A stretch of DNA of 64,000 bases from contig NC_052157.1 in NCBI RefSeq assembly GCF_902713615.1, positions 130,491,425-130,555,424 of the forward strand, read 5' to 3'. The translations under genes were made by a program, and so were the position numbers. Positions 61,591-64,000 of the stretch are shown piece by piece (position 1 is the first letter of the stretch; each line of letters begins with the position of its first letter). The DNA comes from Scyliorhinus canicula (taxonomy: Eukaryota). The notes under the pieces are model-generated. The model was not told where the DNA came from and did no database searches. It saw only the letters and a list, made by a program, of their open reading frames with translations.

Positions 61591-61836
61591 CAGTAGTCCC
61601 CCGTTATACCGCGCTCCGCAATACCGTGGTTCGCGATATACCGCGGGGGGGCTTATGGACCCCAACTGTCAGTTGTGTCAATTTCAGCGGCCGGCTCACT
61701 TTGATCCGGAGAGGGAAGCTGCTCTCTCACTGAAACAATCAGCCGGCCGCTGAAATTGACACTGCCGGCTGCTCTCCCTCCAATCAGAAATATTAAAACT
61801 TAAAAGTTGGATTTGCGTTATAAAGGGGGACTACTG
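61591..61836. mobile_element. Tc1/mariner-type (pogo/Tigger-like) MITE in the 3' LTR
   Basis: TA TSD (61589-90, 61837-38); TIR cagtagtccccc; internal perfect 22-bp inverted repeat 61675-61696 / 61741-61762. Confidence 0.9.
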
Positions 61837-64000
61837 TACTACTGTTCCCTCTGCCATAAAAAGACTATCTCTTAATCATTTGGTGAATTCAGAATTATAA
61901 ATGTTCTCCGCAGTGAATGTAAACCTAATGTGCTTCTGTTAAAAGGTGTTTTCTTTTGTCTTCTGGATGTTGTTTGGGAAGTTATTAAGGATTACTTAGT
62001 GTTGTATTATTTGGGGGTTGTATTTGAATTGATGGTTGCTAAGATGTTCACTGTATGGTTTTTAAAAAGGTTAACTTGAGTTCATAGAATAAACATTGTT
62101 TTGTTTTAAACAAATGCTTTTCCATTTCTGCTGTACCGCACGTGTTGAGTGAGCCGTGTGCTCCCCATACCACCATACCACAATCTATTAAAAGTTGTGT
62201 GTCAGGTGAACTATAGAATTTACAGTGCAGAAGGATGCTATTCAGCACATCGAGTCTGCACCGGCCCTTGGAAAGGGCACCCCACCCCAAGCCCACACCT
62301 CCATGTTCTCTAAACCCTTGCTCATAACAAGTGGAGAGTATTCCATTACACTCCTGGAATGTGCCTTGAAGATGGTGGAGAGGCCCTGCAGAGTCGGGAT
62401 GCGAGTTATACTCTTGGAGGATTCCTAACCTCTGACCTGCTCGTGTAGCCACAGTAGTTATATGGCTTGTCCACTACTATGTCTGGTCAATGGTAACCCC
62501 CAGGATGTTGATAGTTAGGAATTCAGCAATAGTAATGACGTTGTGTGTCTCTGTTTGAAATGGTTATTGCCTGCACTTGTGTGACATAAATGTTACTTGC
62601 CTCTTACTGCACATGAATATAGGTTTCTTCAGTGTCTGAGTAGTCATTAATCGTACTGAACATTGTGTGATCATCAATGAACATCTTCACTTTCGATATT
62701 CTGATGGCGGAGGTCGGGGGTGGCATGTTATGGGGGGGGGGGGGGGGGAAGATCATTGAAGCAGGTGAAGACAGCTGGGCCTCAGACAGGGACTCCTGCA
62801 GTGATGCTCTGAAACGGAGGTGATACTTTCACAGCAATTTGTGTAGTGCCTTTAATGTCAGAAAATATTCCAAGGCACTTCATGTGAGTAAAACGGCAGT
62901 GAGCCATCAGAAATGGGGCAAAGGTGTCGTCAGAGGCAAGTTCATTTTTTAAATATTTCATTTAAAAAATATATAGCATTTTTTATACAGCTTTTTAAAA
63001 AAAAAATATAGCAGAAGGCAATGAAAAAGTTTGAGGAAGGAATTCCAGATTGTGACCAAGGCATCTTAAAGTTGTCGATGATGAGTTGAATAAAATTTGA
63101 GATGCTAGTGTTGGAAAGGAGCTGTTGCAGCTGGAGAGAGCACAGAAGTGGGGAAGGGCAAGGCCATAAAGGAATTTGTAAACCGCATGAGAGTTTAAGT
63201 TTACACAGTTTGGAGTCAGCAGGCATGAGGGTGATGGTTCAGCAAGGTCTCGTACAAATTTGCAGAGGGTTGGAGGCAAATTGAAATAGTCATCTAGAGA
63301 TAACCATGGAAGTGATGCGGGTTTCAGCAGAAGATGGGTTAAGGCTGTGGCGGAGCCAGGGGCAATGTTAAGAGGATAGAAATGTAGCCTAAGTTATGTA
63401 TATTGGGTTGGATACTCATCACCGGATCACATTGAGCACCGGCTGGTTCAGCGGCGAATAATTGCAGTCCCGAAAGACTGTTTGGTGAATTGGACATCTA
63501 GAATTGTTCCCTCAGTGCACCCAAACAAGTGCCAGAGTGTGGCGACTAGGGGATTTTCGCAGTAACTTCATTGCAGTGTTAATGTAAGCCTACTTATGAC
63601 ACAGATTATTATTATTATTATTGTTATTGTTGTAATGGATGGGGTTGGCGGCTAGGGAACAAAACTTGTGGCAGGGACCAACGGCAACAGCTTCAGTTTT
63701 CCCAATATTTAATTGTAGGAAATTTCTGCTCATCCAATACTGGTGTCAGAAAAGTAGTGTGATAAGTTATCAAGAGAGGTTGTTGCGAGGGGCTGGACTG
63801 CAGGATTGGGTAGAAAAGCCCATGTGTTGATGCTGTGGCTGGATAGATGATAACGGAACCAGATGAGTGCAATCCACCCAGCTGGATAACGGGTGTGGTT
63901 TTGGAGGAGGATGGTGATCAACTGTCAAGGGCAGTAAATGCATCAAAATATGAAGAGGGATGGTTTATCTTTGTCACAGTAATATTGGAAACAGTACGAT

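Larger units (their letters stand above)
56277..62329 (+). mobile_element. Near full-length Gmr1-type Gypsy element (gag, PR, IN, RT; two LTRs), disrupted, sense-oriented in a GGNBP2 intron
   Basis: 5' LTR 56277-56838; 3' LTR 61432-62329; PPT 61416-61431; PR ILRDTGAS (~58380); IN HEVPVGGHLGI, EPFTRVLIDCVG, SDQGSNF (59050-59650) precedes RT PIKQHPYRLNP, RLCVDYRKVN, VMPFGMKNA (60320-61150); flanks aagt/(a)agt. Confidence 0.92.
55860..62830 (-). mobile_element. CR1 fragment (55860-56276 and 62330-62830) hosting the Gmr1-type insertion
   Basis: Host sequence ggcaagt|ggagagtattcc rejoins across the LTR element; homologous to 12780-14050. Confidence 0.7.

Overview
Eukaryotic (vertebrate) genomic DNA. 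The repeat content (HE1/V-SINE-type SINEs, CR1, Gmr1-type Gypsy, Harbinger) points to an elasmobranch, probably a catshark-like species (inference). The window covers the conserved MYO19(-)/PIGW(+)/GGNBP2(+) neighbourhood: probable first exons of MYO19, a shared CpG-island promoter, the complete single-exon PIGW CDS (5597-7123) and the first coding exon of GGNBP2 (54313-54405). The ~47 kb between PIGW and GGNBP2 is mostly nested, decayed transposons. Highlights: (1) a full-length intronless GEMIN2 retrocopy with an open ORF, poly(A) and a perfect 14-bp TSD; (2) a Gypsy element with no tRNA primer-binding site, where a perfect 15-bp complement of the LTR's own poly(A)-signal region sits instead (candidate self-priming or poly(A)-masking fold); (3) one SINE head/body carrying three different 3' tails with different insertion signatures; (4) two locally templated insertions; (5) a near full-length integrase-before-RT (Gmr1-type) element in a GGNBP2 intron; (6) an orphan CRE plus X-box motif pair. 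Family assignments come from recognising sequence motifs, with no database search. Repeat boundaries are approximate unless a TSD or TIR is quoted.
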